A stretch of DNA of 64,000 nt, taken from assembly GCA_963666485.2 (NCBI GenBank), contig CAXXUO010000004.1, positions 224,001-288,000 on the forward strand. The letters are read 5' to 3'. Both the position numbers and the translations under genes were made by a program. Shown piece by piece: positions 1 to 9,025 of the stretch; position 1 is the stretch's first letter, and each line of letters starts with the position of its first letter. This DNA comes from Syntrophorhabdaceae bacterium. Its GTDB lineage: Bacteria; Desulfobacterota; Syntrophorhabdia; Syntrophorhabdales; Syntrophorhabdaceae. The notes beneath the pieces are model-generated. The model was given only the letters and a program-made list of their open reading frames with translations. It was not told where the DNA came from and ran no database searches.

Positions 1-146
1 ATGAAGTCGGGGTACTTTGCTACGAACATGCCGCAAACAGGGCACCTGTCGCGTCCGCCCGGTTTTACGGTTACCTTCTGTGCACCCTGCAAGGCCGTCC
101 ATGAAAGAAAGACCGCCGCTGCAACTATAAGAATAGTACGTTTCAT
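1..146 (-). CDS. NosL-family metal-binding exported protein (5' part, runs off the window edge)
   Basis: Not in ORF track; manual translation from ATG at 146 gives MKRTILIVAAAVFLSWTALQGAQKVTVKPGGRDRCPVCGMFVAKYPDF: signal peptide plus the NosL CxxCGM motif. Confidence 0.8.
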   Translation of the reverse strand, partial: MKRTILIVAAAVFLSWTALQGAQKVTVKPGGRDRCPVCGMFVAKYPDF

Positions 147-164
147 GAAGATGTCTCTAACCTG

Positions 165-698
165 CTAGTGCTTCTGCCCTGCCGGGTCAGGCGCCTGCAT
201 CCTCTTCGCCTTTCTCTTCTCCCGTATCATCTTCGTGTCGACATACATATCCTCATAGGCTGCCTTTATCGCGTCATCGAACGTCGCGATAGTGCCGCCA
301 TTCTCCTCGATGAAAGCCCTCGCGTCGGTCTCGCTTGCAAAGGCCCATTTCGCACGCTTCGACATGACCCCTTGTTTTGTCCCTCCAATGACCCAGACCG
401 CCTGCTCCGCATCGATCAATTTCTTCGTGTTGTACGCCGCGACATGAATGCTCCCCGGTGTTTTATCCAGCTTGATAGAAAGGTCCGTTGCCGCGCAGTG
501 GATACTGCACGTGCCAACCCGGGTACCGTCGTCGTAGACGATGAGCATCCGGCTATGGGCAAATGCACCTCTGTCCATTCCGCAATAACTGCAGGATCTG
601 TGTTTCTGAACGTCTTCCTGAGCGAAAAGAGCGCCGCCTGCCAGAACAAACACGCCTATTAACAAGCCGACAATTAACAGTCCCTTCCTGTTGTCCAT
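165..698 (-). CDS. NosL-family protein
   Basis: Signal peptide, CSYCGM motif, C-terminal AFASETDARAFIEENGG typical of NosL; AGGAG RBS. Confidence 0.85.
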   Translation of the reverse strand: MDNRKGLLIVGLLIGVFVLAGGALFAQEDVQKHRSCSYCGMDRGAFAHSRMLIVYDDGTRVGTCSIHCAATDLSIKLDKTPGSIHVAAYNTKKLIDAEQAVWVIGGTKQGVMSKRAKWAFASETDARAFIEENGGTIATFDDAIKAAYEDMYVDTKMIREKRKAKRMQAPDPAGQKH

Positions 699-868
699 AG
701 CATCTCCTTATTCACGTATTTCGCTGAGCGCGGAAGACTGCCCGAAGAAGTCCCCCTTATACGTTGGATAAGGCAAGCGCCGCACACTGTCAAGGGAGCC
801 CGTCCGAACCCTGCCGCCAGGAATCGGCCGTGAATAACGCTTTAGCCATGCCCGGGCATAAATAACAA

Positions 869-898
869 TTGAGGCGAAGCGGATGGATAAACTATAAT
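869..898 (+). promoter_or_regulatory. Putative sigma70 promoter of the FKBP gene
   Basis: TTGAGG-N18-TATAAT, followed by GGAGG RBS and ATG at 934. Confidence 0.5.
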
Positions 899-933
899 CT
901 TCTGAGACGCCACGAAATTAAAGGGAGGTTACC

Positions 934-1623
934 ATGAAATATCTTTCGGCGCTGGTCCTCAGTATCGTTCTCCTGTCCGGTGTGTGCTCCGCCCAGGGAA
1001 AGCCGGACTTGAAAAACCCCAGGGACCGGGAAAGCTACAGCCTTGGCTACCAGTTCGGGCAATACCTGAAATTGCAGGGGGTCGATATCAACCTGGATGT
1101 TTACACATCGGCGATCAAAGACGCCCTCAACAATAAAGAGCCCCAGATGAGCAAGGATGACATTATTACAACCATCAGGGGCATCGAGCAGAGGGTACAG
1201 GAGACGCGACAGAAAGCGTTAAAGGAAAAAGCGGCCAAAAATCTTGAGGAAGGTAAAGCGTTCCTTGCGGAAAACAAAAAAAAGAAAGATGTCAAGATCC
1301 TGCCGAGCGGCCTTCAATACAAGGTCCTGAAGGAAGGGTCCGGCAAGACCCCGAAAGAGACCGACACTGTATCCGTCAACTACAAGGGCACACTGCTCGA
1401 CGGTACGGAGTTTGACAGCTCTTACAAGAAAGGCCAGCCAATAACCTTTAAAGTTGGCGAGGTCATCAAAGGCTGGTCCGAGGCCCTGCAGCACATGAAA
1501 GAGGGATCGAAATGGCAGCTTTTCATCCCCCCTGACCTCGCCTACGGAGAGCGTGCCATCGCCCAGGTCATTCCTCCCAACAGTACCCTGATCTTCGAGG
1601 TGGACCTGATCAAGGTCGAGTGA
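934..1623 (+). CDS. FKBP-type peptidyl-prolyl cis-trans isomerase (Mip/FkpA/FklB type)
   Basis: Signal peptide, N-terminal dimerisation domain (SYSLG), FKBP motifs VNYKGTLLDGTEFDSS, VIKGW, IPPNSTLIFEVDL. Confidence 0.95.
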   Translation: MKYLSALVLSIVLLSGVCSAQGKPDLKNPRDRESYSLGYQFGQYLKLQGVDINLDVYTSAIKDALNNKEPQMSKDDIITTIRGIEQRVQETRQKALKEKAAKNLEEGKAFLAENKKKKDVKILPSGLQYKVLKEGSGKTPKETDTVSVNYKGTLLDGTEFDSSYKKGQPITFKVGEVIKGWSEALQHMKEGSKWQLFIPPDLAYGERAIAQVIPPNSTLIFEVDLIKVE

Positions 1624-1644
1624 ACAAAACCATGAACTGACGCA

Positions 1645-1673
1645 CCCCGCCATGGGGCAACACCATGGCGGGG
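1645..1673 (+). terminator. Hairpin after the FKBP gene (possible terminator)
   Basis: CCCCGCCATGG-N7-CCATGGCGGGG 11-bp stem; no clear U tract. Confidence 0.45.
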
Positions 1674-1765
1674 GTCTCGAAATACGACATTCTTTAAAAA
1701 TTTGTTGAAAAACAAACGGTCTTCAGGCCTGGCAGAACCGCAGCTTCAAAACCAGAAATGTAACA

Positions 1766-1795
1766 TTGCAAGACTTGGCCGCGGCATCATATAAT
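1766..1795 (+). promoter_or_regulatory. Putative sigma70 promoter of the ureohydrolase gene
   Basis: TTGCAA-N18-TATAAT. Confidence 0.55.
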
Positions 1796-1860
1796 TGGGT
1801 TCGTATGCCCTCGCACATTGCCGAGACAAAAACCCGCACAAGAACAGGTGGAGGTGTTCC

Positions 1861-2880
1861 GTGAACAAGAAGGACCGGGGAGGTAAAACCGCGCGGCCCG
1901 GGATAGGCGACTTCATAAGGAAGATGCAAGCCGAGTCTAAAACGCCCGTTGACGAATTGCTGCTGGAGCCGCCGTATGTGGGGATTGCCACCTTCTTCCG
2001 GCTGCCCTATGCAACTGATCTATCAGGTTTGGACGTCGCCCTCGTCGGCGTCCCCTATGACGGGGGATTGACGGGCCGGACAGGAGCGCGGGGCGGTCCC
2101 CGGGCTGTCCGCGATGCGTCGTGTCTCGTGGCAGGTTACGATCACCAGCTTCAGATCATACCGCAGGCAATGTGCAGAAGCGCCGACGCGGGGGACGTGA
2201 TCTTTCACAACCGGTACCGCCATGATGCCGCGATCGAAGAACTGGAACTATATTACCGCCGCCTCGTCGGCATGGGTGTAGTTCCTGTCACCTGCGGCGG
2301 CGATCATTCGATCACCTATCCCATCCTGAAGGCGGTGGGGGCGACAAGCCCCGTAGGCCTCATCCATTTCGACGCCCATTGCGATACGGCCGGAGACCTG
2401 CATGGAAACAGGTTCCATCACGGAGCGCCGTTCCGCCAGGCCGTGGACGCCGGCGTTCTCGACCCGAAGCGCACGGTCCAGATCGGGATACGGGGCAGGA
2501 GCGAGGTACTGTGGGGCTTTTCGTATGAGAGCGGCATGAGGGTGATCCATATTGAAGAATTCTACGAAATGGGCCGGCACACGGTCCTCGAAGAGGTACG
2601 CGAACGTATCGGTACGGGGCCGGTCTATCTCAGCTTTGACATCGATTGTCTCGACCCGGCCTTCGCGCCCGGCACCGGAACGCCGGAGGTTGGCGGGATG
2701 ACGAGCTTCGAGGCACAACAGATGGTCCGGGGCCTCAAAGGGCTGAACTTCGTCGGGGCCGACCTCGTGGAGGTGTCTCCCCCCTTTGACAGCGCGGGTA
2801 TCACGTCCCTTGCCGGGGCCGACCTGCTCTTCCGTATATTCTGCATAATTGCCGATGCCGTGGCGGAAAGAAAAGTATAG
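1861..2880 (+). CDS. speB: Agmatinase / ureohydrolase family enzyme
   Basis: GGDHS, DAHCD and SFDIDCLDP metal motifs, APGTGTPEVGG; start moved to GTG 1861 (GGAGGTG RBS); exact substrate uncertain. Confidence 0.85.
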   Translation: MNKKDRGGKTARPGIGDFIRKMQAESKTPVDELLLEPPYVGIATFFRLPYATDLSGLDVALVGVPYDGGLTGRTGARGGPRAVRDASCLVAGYDHQLQIIPQAMCRSADAGDVIFHNRYRHDAAIEELELYYRRLVGMGVVPVTCGGDHSITYPILKAVGATSPVGLIHFDAHCDTAGDLHGNRFHHGAPFRQAVDAGVLDPKRTVQIGIRGRSEVLWGFSYESGMRVIHIEEFYEMGRHTVLEEVRERIGTGPVYLSFDIDCLDPAFAPGTGTPEVGGMTSFEAQQMVRGLKGLNFVGADLVEVSPPFDSAGITSLAGADLLFRIFCIIADAVAERKV

Positions 2881-2908
2881 CCTCCAACGGGAATTCCGTG
2901 TTCAGGCT

Positions 2909-5900
2909 TTACTCGCCGTACATTATAAAGGGGGCCCAGAAGAACGGATGGGATGAAGCCTTTATGAACTCTATTTTAGTCCTCCGAAGCGCCGCCTCTT
3001 TCGTCATGCCTTCGTTGATCATGTTCTTATAGAACAGGACCATTAATTCTCTTGTTTTTTCGTCGCTCACGCTCCAGAGACTGACCACTGCCGCCGGGCT
3101 CCCCGCGTACATGACCGCTCGCGTGAGGCCCGTGATCCCCTCGCCGCGATCGGTTTTGCCAAGTCCGGTCTCGCAGGCCGACAATGTGACCAGTTGGGCA
3201 TTGAAACGGCTGTTCATTATTTCGGCCAGAGTGAAGAAGCCGTCCTCTTTACTCCCGGGGATCTGGGAAAGCGCGATCGCCTGAAAATTATCGTCCACGA
3301 TCCCGTGCGTAGAGAAGTGGATAAATCCATAACGTTCTAGACTGCCGGACTTGGCCTCCTCCTCCCTCGCCTGGGCCCTCAGGAAGCTTTTTGCCTGTTT
3401 GGACCGGTCCCTGAAAATATTTTCGATCTCCGAGACCTCCAAACCACTCCCCTCCAGGCGGGACAGGTTTCCACCCGACCGGAGATAGCCGCCCCTGACG
3501 AGCAGGCGGGCCTTATCCCCTTTATCTCCCCTGGTATCCTCAACGCCTTCGGGGAGTCCCTGCCTGAAATTCTTGTAATCATAAACAGGGTCACCGAAAC
3601 CGATGAACCAGTAGTTTGTCCCTTCTTTCTTGTATTGTGTTCTCAGCATGCCCAGCACGGATGCAGACTGGACATATTTCAGAGGATATTTCTCGATGAG
3701 ATACGACCTGCGTTCATTTTCCTTTGCTATCAAAGCCTCAAAAGGGAAAAGCGCAAGCACGCCATCCGGTACAAGTATGGCTTCCCTGCCCTCGAGGAAC
3801 GACTCTACCGGGTGAATGAGCACCTCATACAGCCTTGCCGCATCTTCTGCGGGATACCGCGATCCGAGCATGCCGCCTTCCCTGATCTTGCCAAGAAGAT
3901 CCCTCACCCTTCGTTCAAGGATCGCCTGCGAAACAGGGAGCCGCACAAGTTCATACCCGTCCGTACGCACGACAAAGCAGTATACCCCTTTTCCTGACAG
4001 GAAATACTCGATCAAGACCTCATTCTTCTTCAGGACCTTTTCTTGCAGTGCCTGCAGGGCTACGGGCTGTGGGTATTGAACAGAGGCGTAAAGGGGATTG
4101 CGATAACGTATCTCCCGCCTGATCCCGTCAAGCTCCTCTTCCGCCTTTCCCATCTCTTTTTTTATTGATGCAAGCACAGCCTGTTCAGGGACCGGCTTTT
4201 GCGATTCATTGAGGACCTGGCTGCCGAGAAGCGCGATCTTTTTTTCCAGGGCATCCCTCTTTTCTTTCAGCAAGGGGTCTATCCCTTTCTCGAGATCGAC
4301 CAGACCTTCGGAGAGCCGGTCCAGGAACACCCGTGCCTTCATCGCTTCCACATACGTGAAGGCCTTTTCCTTGTAACCGTTTTCGATCATGAAGACAGCA
4401 GCATCGTTATAAAGATCATAGACCTTTGCCATGTAGCTCTTCTTCAACTCGGAAAAACCGGTCTGCCTCCTGACCCTCTCCAACCGGGCAAGCCCTTCTT
4501 CGTATAACGTGAGGGCAATGTCTTTGTCCCCCCTGTCTGCGTGGAGCCCTGCGATCTTGAACGACACGAACGCCTCGGATTCTATGTCTCCCAGCTTCCT
4601 GTAATGGTCAAGCGAGGTCGTGAAACTCTCCATCGCCTTGTCCGGCTCCTTGAGATAAAGATGGGAATCGCCGATGCTCTGATACACGTTGCCCATCCCG
4701 ATAGAAGACCGTGCCGTCGAATAATACGGGAGCGACCTCGTGTACATGGCCAGTGCCTTCTCGGGATGACCGGCCATCAGGTAGTCGTCCCCGAGGCTGC
4801 GGTAGGAATCCCCCAGCCCGATCGCGGAGTTACCTTTTTCGAAGAGCGGTATGGCCTTTTCCTGCATCATGATCGACTTCGCAAAATCCCTTTTTGCGAA
4901 ATAAACGTCCCCGATACTGCGGTAGGCGTTGCCCTGCCCTATAGGGGAATGTGCCTTCTCGTAAAAATCAGCGGCGCGCCCGTACATCTCCAGTGCCTTT
5001 TCATTGTCCCCGGTGAAGAAATAGATGTCCCCCATGCTCCGGTATATGTTGCCCTGCCCGACAGGCTCCCTGGCCTTCAGGTAGGACGGGAGCCCCTTGT
5101 CGTACATCTCCATGGCCCTGACGAAATCCCGGGTGTAGAAGTAAAGGTCCCCGATCCCCTTGTAGACGTCTGCCTGGCCGAGAACGTCCTCGGCCTTCAG
5201 GTAGCCGGCAAGGGCAATGTTGTACTGTTCAAGAGCATCTTTGCTGTCTCCTGTCCTCATGGCTATCAGCCCCAGGATCCGGTGGGCGTAACCCTGGCTG
5301 GCAGGGTCGCCTGCGCGCCGGAAGAACGAAACGGCTTTATGGAGCAGGTCACGCGCCCTGCTGTTATCGCCGCGGTAGAAATATACGGCGCCCATGCTCT
5401 GACAGACATTCCCCTGCCCGACAAGGTTTTCCTTTCCCCGGTACACCGCGAGGGCCTTTTCGTACATCTTCATAGCCTCGGGTATATTGCCAACCTTGAG
5501 GTAGATCTGTCCCATACCGTATGACACGTTGGCGTCACCAATGATGTCTCCAAGCCGCAGGTAGATCGACTGCGCCTTCCGGTACATTGTCTCGGCCTTC
5601 TGGTATTCACGGAGCTTCAAATACAGTTCGCCCATCCCGAGGTACGTGTCGGCCCTGCCCACGGCGGAACGGGCTTTTTTATAATATGCGAGCGCCCTGC
5701 CGAACTGCTGCCACGCCGGTGCATAGTCGCACGTCCGGGAGTTGATTCCGGCAAGGCCCCTGAGGGCATCGCCCTTGCCGGAGGCATCTCCCGCCTTTTC
5801 AAAAAACTGAAATGCCTTCTCGTAGGACGCTTTTGCTTCTTTATTGTCCCCGGCCCGGAACCGGATACCGCCCGTATTGAGGAAGGCATGTCCCTGGCCG

Positions 5901-6013
5901 GAAAGTTCCCGGGACGCCTCGGGCCGGGCCGGGCTTACGGTGCCCAGCAGGGAAAAGGTGAGGCCGAGTGCAACGAGAAAAATGACCGCCAGGCGGTGCA
6001 TCAACTTTTTCAC
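2909..6013 (-). CDS. Exported TPR-repeat + CHAT (caspase-like, clan CD) domain protein
   Basis: N-terminal hydrophobic signal (KKLMHRLAVIFLVALGLTFSLLG), about 12 repeats of 40 aa (GQGNxYxSxGDxY), CHAT dyad motifs HFSTHG and LSACETG, end motif HPFFWAPF; start probably GTG 6013 (track start 6064). Confidence 0.92.
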   Translation of the reverse strand: MKKLMHRLAVIFLVALGLTFSLLGTVSPARPEASRELSGQGHAFLNTGGIRFRAGDNKEAKASYEKAFQFFEKAGDASGKGDALRGLAGINSRTCDYAPAWQQFGRALAYYKKARSAVGRADTYLGMGELYLKLREYQKAETMYRKAQSIYLRLGDIIGDANVSYGMGQIYLKVGNIPEAMKMYEKALAVYRGKENLVGQGNVCQSMGAVYFYRGDNSRARDLLHKAVSFFRRAGDPASQGYAHRILGLIAMRTGDSKDALEQYNIALAGYLKAEDVLGQADVYKGIGDLYFYTRDFVRAMEMYDKGLPSYLKAREPVGQGNIYRSMGDIYFFTGDNEKALEMYGRAADFYEKAHSPIGQGNAYRSIGDVYFAKRDFAKSIMMQEKAIPLFEKGNSAIGLGDSYRSLGDDYLMAGHPEKALAMYTRSLPYYSTARSSIGMGNVYQSIGDSHLYLKEPDKAMESFTTSLDHYRKLGDIESEAFVSFKIAGLHADRGDKDIALTLYEEGLARLERVRRQTGFSELKKSYMAKVYDLYNDAAVFMIENGYKEKAFTYVEAMKARVFLDRLSEGLVDLEKGIDPLLKEKRDALEKKIALLGSQVLNESQKPVPEQAVLASIKKEMGKAEEELDGIRREIRYRNPLYASVQYPQPVALQALQEKVLKKNEVLIEYFLSGKGVYCFVVRTDGYELVRLPVSQAILERRVRDLLGKIREGGMLGSRYPAEDAARLYEVLIHPVESFLEGREAILVPDGVLALFPFEALIAKENERRSYLIEKYPLKYVQSASVLGMLRTQYKKEGTNYWFIGFGDPVYDYKNFRQGLPEGVEDTRGDKGDKARLLVRGGYLRSGGNLSRLEGSGLEVSEIENIFRDRSKQAKSFLRAQAREEEAKSGSLERYGFIHFSTHGIVDDNFQAIALSQIPGSKEDGFFTLAEIMNSRFNAQLVTLSACETGLGKTDRGEGITGLTRAVMYAGSPAAVVSLWSVSDEKTRELMVLFYKNMINEGMTKEAALRRTKIEFIKASSHPFFWAPFIMYGE

Positions 6014-6053
6014 TGTTCCTGTCTTGCCTTTCATTGACATTGAATGAAAATAT

Positions 6054-6083
6054 AAGGGGTACATGAGTGATCATGTACCCCTT
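6054..6083 (-). terminator. Perfect 13-bp hairpin between the peptide gene and the TPR-CHAT gene
   Basis: AAGGGGTACATGA-N4-TCATGTACCCCTT, followed on the minus strand by ATATTTTC. Confidence 0.6.
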
Positions 6084-6124
6084 GATATCTGCCTGATTTC
6101 CTATGTAGCCATCAGGTCATGCGT

Positions 6125-6256
6125 TCATCTTTCGCCAGTCGGGACCGAAGTGGTATACAGTTTAGGCGCAGGCGGATCGTCTCCGGCAAGTGCAAGATTT
6201 ATCGTAGAGACAATCAGGATCATGGGAAGCACTAAAAACAATATTACCTTTTTCAT
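6125..6256 (-). CDS. 43-aa secreted peptide precursor (unannotated small ORF)
   Basis: MKKVILFLVLPMILIVSTINLALA|GDDPPAPKLYTTSVPTGER; strong RBS AAAAGGAGG; Sec signal ending in A-L-A; own promoter. Confidence 0.75.
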   Translation of the reverse strand: MKKVILFLVLPMILIVSTINLALAGDDPPAPKLYTTSVPTGER

Positions 6257-6313
6257 TGAGCCCTCCTTTTAACAACAGTCTCATGCATCCACGAAAATTC
6301 CCCAGCCATTTAG

Positions 6314-6342
6314 AGTCTATCAATATACCAGGTCCCTGACAA
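6314..6342 (-). promoter_or_regulatory. sigma70 promoter of the small peptide gene
   Basis: TTGTCA-N17-TAGACT with TGn extended -10. Confidence 0.6.
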
Positions 6343-6403
6343 GGACATTTTTTTAACCGGCCTGCTGCCATAAACCGGTCGGGTCTGAGCTAACCCTCGC
6401 GGA

Positions 6404-6856
6404 TCATTTTTCCTCTTTTCCCGGGCAGATCTTCTGAAACAAATGATCCGCCATGCTCCCGGGCAGGACCCTGATCCATTTTTTGTTACTCATTTTTTGA
6501 TGATATATCACTTTTCCGTCACCCGAATGGTCTGCTACTTCCAGGAGGGCGTGTTCTCTTGTCCTGCAATTTATTTCTTCATGATAAAAAGCATAGGAGA
6601 GGTTCTCATAACCCTGTATGTCAGGATTTCGTTTCTTCAGCCTGTCGATGAAAACTTTTCGCCCCTGTTCGTTATAGACCGTCTTTGTATTCACTCTTAC
6701 GGTGTTGTCCGGGATGGCCGTTATGCTCTCCCTGTCATAATACGTTGTTGTGCCGCCATCTTTTGTCTGCGCGACCATCACCCAATCCGCCGGGAAAACA
6801 ACGGCAGGCACCGCCAGAAAAGCTATTATTGCGAGAAACAACATTTTCAATTTCAT
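6404..6856 (-). CDS. Exported surface-adhesin-E-like protein
   Basis: Signal peptide, ADWV..YYDRESI, EINC..., W..V.PGS....L...IC pattern; start probably ATG 6856. Confidence 0.65.
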   Translation of the reverse strand: MKLKMLFLAIIAFLAVPAVVFPADWVMVAQTKDGGTTTYYDRESITAIPDNTVRVNTKTVYNEQGRKVFIDRLKKRNPDIQGYENLSYAFYHEEINCRTREHALLEVADHSGDGKVIYHQKMSNKKWIRVLPGSMADHLFQKICPGKEEK

Positions 6857-7097
6857 TACCCCCGCCTGTTTCAAACAGATTTTCTTCCTTGTTACCACAT
6901 TTTCATCGATAAGAACACGCTAATTTACCGGCGTCGAACTCATGATCCGCATATTCCGCATATTCGCCGATTCCATGGCGGCAAAAAATGAGGTGGGAAC
7001 AATTCGGCCGTTGTGGTACGGTTAGAATACATAGACTGAATGGAAAAGGGAGATGCAAGGGTTCAGGCGCTTCTGAAATAATTTAGAGGGGGATGCT

Positions 7098-7539
7098 TTG
7101 AATGGATGCCTTTTCTCCGCAGGGGCATTAAGGGATGAAGCATTTATGTACGGGCATGGGGGCGCGTTCCTGCGGCAACCGAGTGCCGAAGACCCGGGAG
7201 ACGAAACACGGGATGCAATTCCTGATAATCCCGAAAAAAGGAGAAATACGCTCCTTTTCATATCGCATATCATTGCAATAGCAATCTATGGATTCATCAT
7301 ATTCCTGACAGTGTCCCCCCCTTCACTACGAACCGGGCTCTCCGGCATACCTGGCGCACGGGGTAACGCTGACGCTATCGGTATACCTCTCATTGTTCGG
7401 GTTCATTATCGCGGTCCATATAATCATAAATGCAATCCGGCGGATCGAGATGTCGAGAATACCGCATAATTCGTCTCTGCTGACCCTTGTGTTCATGGTA
7501 ATACTGATCATTGGCAGGATAGCGAGCCTGTTCTATTAA
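7098..7539 (+). pseudogene. Small multi-TM membrane protein frameshifted at a C7 run
   Basis: First frame encodes TM LLFISHIIAIAIYGFIIFLTVSP; removing one C from 7315-7321 continues into LHYEPG...VTLTLSVYLSLFGFIIAVHIII...LLTLVFMVILIIGRIASLFY-stop at 7539. Confidence 0.55.
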
Positions 7540-7562
7540 AATACCGGGAGTGAAAGAAAATC

Positions 7563-8387
7563 ATGCGGCATAGCGGAAAACTTGTTCCTGTTCTCGTTCT
7601 GATCGGAATACTGGCCTCGCAAAATGTACACGCATTGACGAAGGAACCCCCGCTGCCGGCCGCTTGCGCACTGGCGGAAGAGGCGGCGGACGCCGAGGTC
7701 AAGGTCCGACTGTACACACGCTGCCTCGATCGCAGCGATGCGTCCGACAGGCAGCTCAAAGACTATCAGCGCGATGTCATGTACTTTCATCGGGCGAACG
7801 CTTTGTTCGACCTCGGCCGCTTTGCCGAAGCGCTCGCGGACTATGATCGCGTTATAGACAAAGGATACGGCAGCCATGTCTGGGCGCTGCACCAGCGCGG
7901 CCTGACACACCAGGCACTGGGCCAGAAGGAGCGTGCCCTCGCCGATTTCAACCGCGCACTTAAGGTCAACCCCGATGCTATCAGCGTTCTGTTCGACCGC
8001 GGCCGGCTTCTCGCCGATATGGGCCGGTACGGACCGGCAAAGAACGACCTGCTGAGGGCGGAAACTTTATCGCCGGGGACCGCTCAATATGCGAACGCCC
8101 TCGCCTGGCTCCTGGCTACATGCCCCGAGCCGGGGGTCAGGGATGGCAAAGAGGCTGTCCGCCTTGCGCTCAAGGCAGCAAGTATCGACAAGAGCGCCCA
8201 GCACCTCGACACACTTGCTGCCGCGTATGCGAGGAAAGGAGATTTCCGGCAGGCCCTCGAGACCCAGCAAGCCGCGCTTGACCTGCTTCGAAAAGATAAG
8301 GCTGATCCGCAAACCATGAAGGAATTCACCGCCCGTCTCAGCCTGTACACGGAAGGCAAGCCCTATACACAGGATCGGCCGGATTAA
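7563..8387 (+). CDS. Exported tetratricopeptide repeat protein
   Basis: Signal peptide; TPRs (ALADYDRVI, ALADFNRAL); NALAWLLATCPEPGVRDG..LDTLAAAYA tail. Confidence 0.85.
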   Translation: MRHSGKLVPVLVLIGILASQNVHALTKEPPLPAACALAEEAADAEVKVRLYTRCLDRSDASDRQLKDYQRDVMYFHRANALFDLGRFAEALADYDRVIDKGYGSHVWALHQRGLTHQALGQKERALADFNRALKVNPDAISVLFDRGRLLADMGRYGPAKNDLLRAETLSPGTAQYANALAWLLATCPEPGVRDGKEAVRLALKAASIDKSAQHLDTLAAAYARKGDFRQALETQQAALDLLRKDKADPQTMKEFTARLSLYTEGKPYTQDRPD

Positions 8388-8426
8388 CGCCGGAAGCTCG
8401 AAGGCAGTGACGTCAGTTCCGGCGCC

Positions 8427-8591
8427 TTACGCTGTTGTAATATTGTAGCTTTCGCACTCCGGGCACATCACGCGCCGCGGCTGCGCTTCACTCTTCTTCT
8501 TGGCCTTTTTCTGAGCAGGCTCCTTTCTTTCCAGGATCCTGTATTCAAATCTGCACCCGCAATCGTTGCATGAATATTGAATGATCTCCAT
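8427..8591 (-). CDS. 54-aa zinc-ribbon protein (FmdB-like)
   Basis: Not in track; MEIIQYSCNDCGCRFEY...CPECES, two CxxC motifs; AGGAGG RBS. Confidence 0.75.
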   Translation of the reverse strand: MEIIQYSCNDCGCRFEYRILERKEPAQKKAKKKSEAQPRRVMCPECESYNITTA

Positions 8592-8697
8592 TCTTCCTTC
8601 CCTCCTTTCGCCTTCAATCTATGAAATTAATCTAAAGCGTGGTAAATAGATTTCAAGTGCCGCCGAGGGCGCTGTTCAGAAAAAAAAGGGGGGGGTA

Positions 8698-9012
8698 TTG
8701 ATGAAGAATTGTGAGTATATAAAAAGATCGGGTATCCGGGCAGTTACAAGAAAACTCTGTCGGCAGTCATTAATTATTCTGCTCTTCTTTGCTGTCCCTG
8801 CGGTAGCTTTAAGCGCAGCCGATGATGGAGAGCGCCTGTTCCAATTGAAATGCGTCTCATGCCATGGCGCCGGAAAATCAAAGTCAAAGGGAATGACCGA
8901 GAAGGAGTGGCGTTCGACCGTGGTGAGGATGATAAGCAACGGAGCCGTTATTTCCCGCGAGGACACGGAAAAGATAGTGGGTTATCTCGCGACAAATTAT
9001 CCGAAAAAATAA
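8698..9012 (+). CDS. Small exported monoheme cytochrome c
   Basis: Hydrophobic signal, GERLFQLKCVSCHG (CxxCH), distal Met in VVRM. Confidence 0.8.
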   Translation: MMKNCEYIKRSGIRAVTRKLCRQSLIILLFFAVPAVALSAADDGERLFQLKCVSCHGAGKSKSKGMTEKEWRSTVVRMISNGAVISREDTEKIVGYLATNYPKK

Positions 9013-9025
9013 GGGGCCCGTCAGG

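Noticed and set aside
1795..1860. N-terminal extension of the ureohydrolase, or a guanidine riboswitch in its leader
   Set aside because: The track start overlaps the predicted -10 box and a strong RBS precedes GTG 1861; no guanidine riboswitch motifs were seen.
6098..6127. Selenocysteine read-through of the peptide gene's TGA (a small hairpin follows)
   Set aside because: Read-through adds only THDLMAT before a TAG, and there is no redox-motif context; TGA is more simply a stop.
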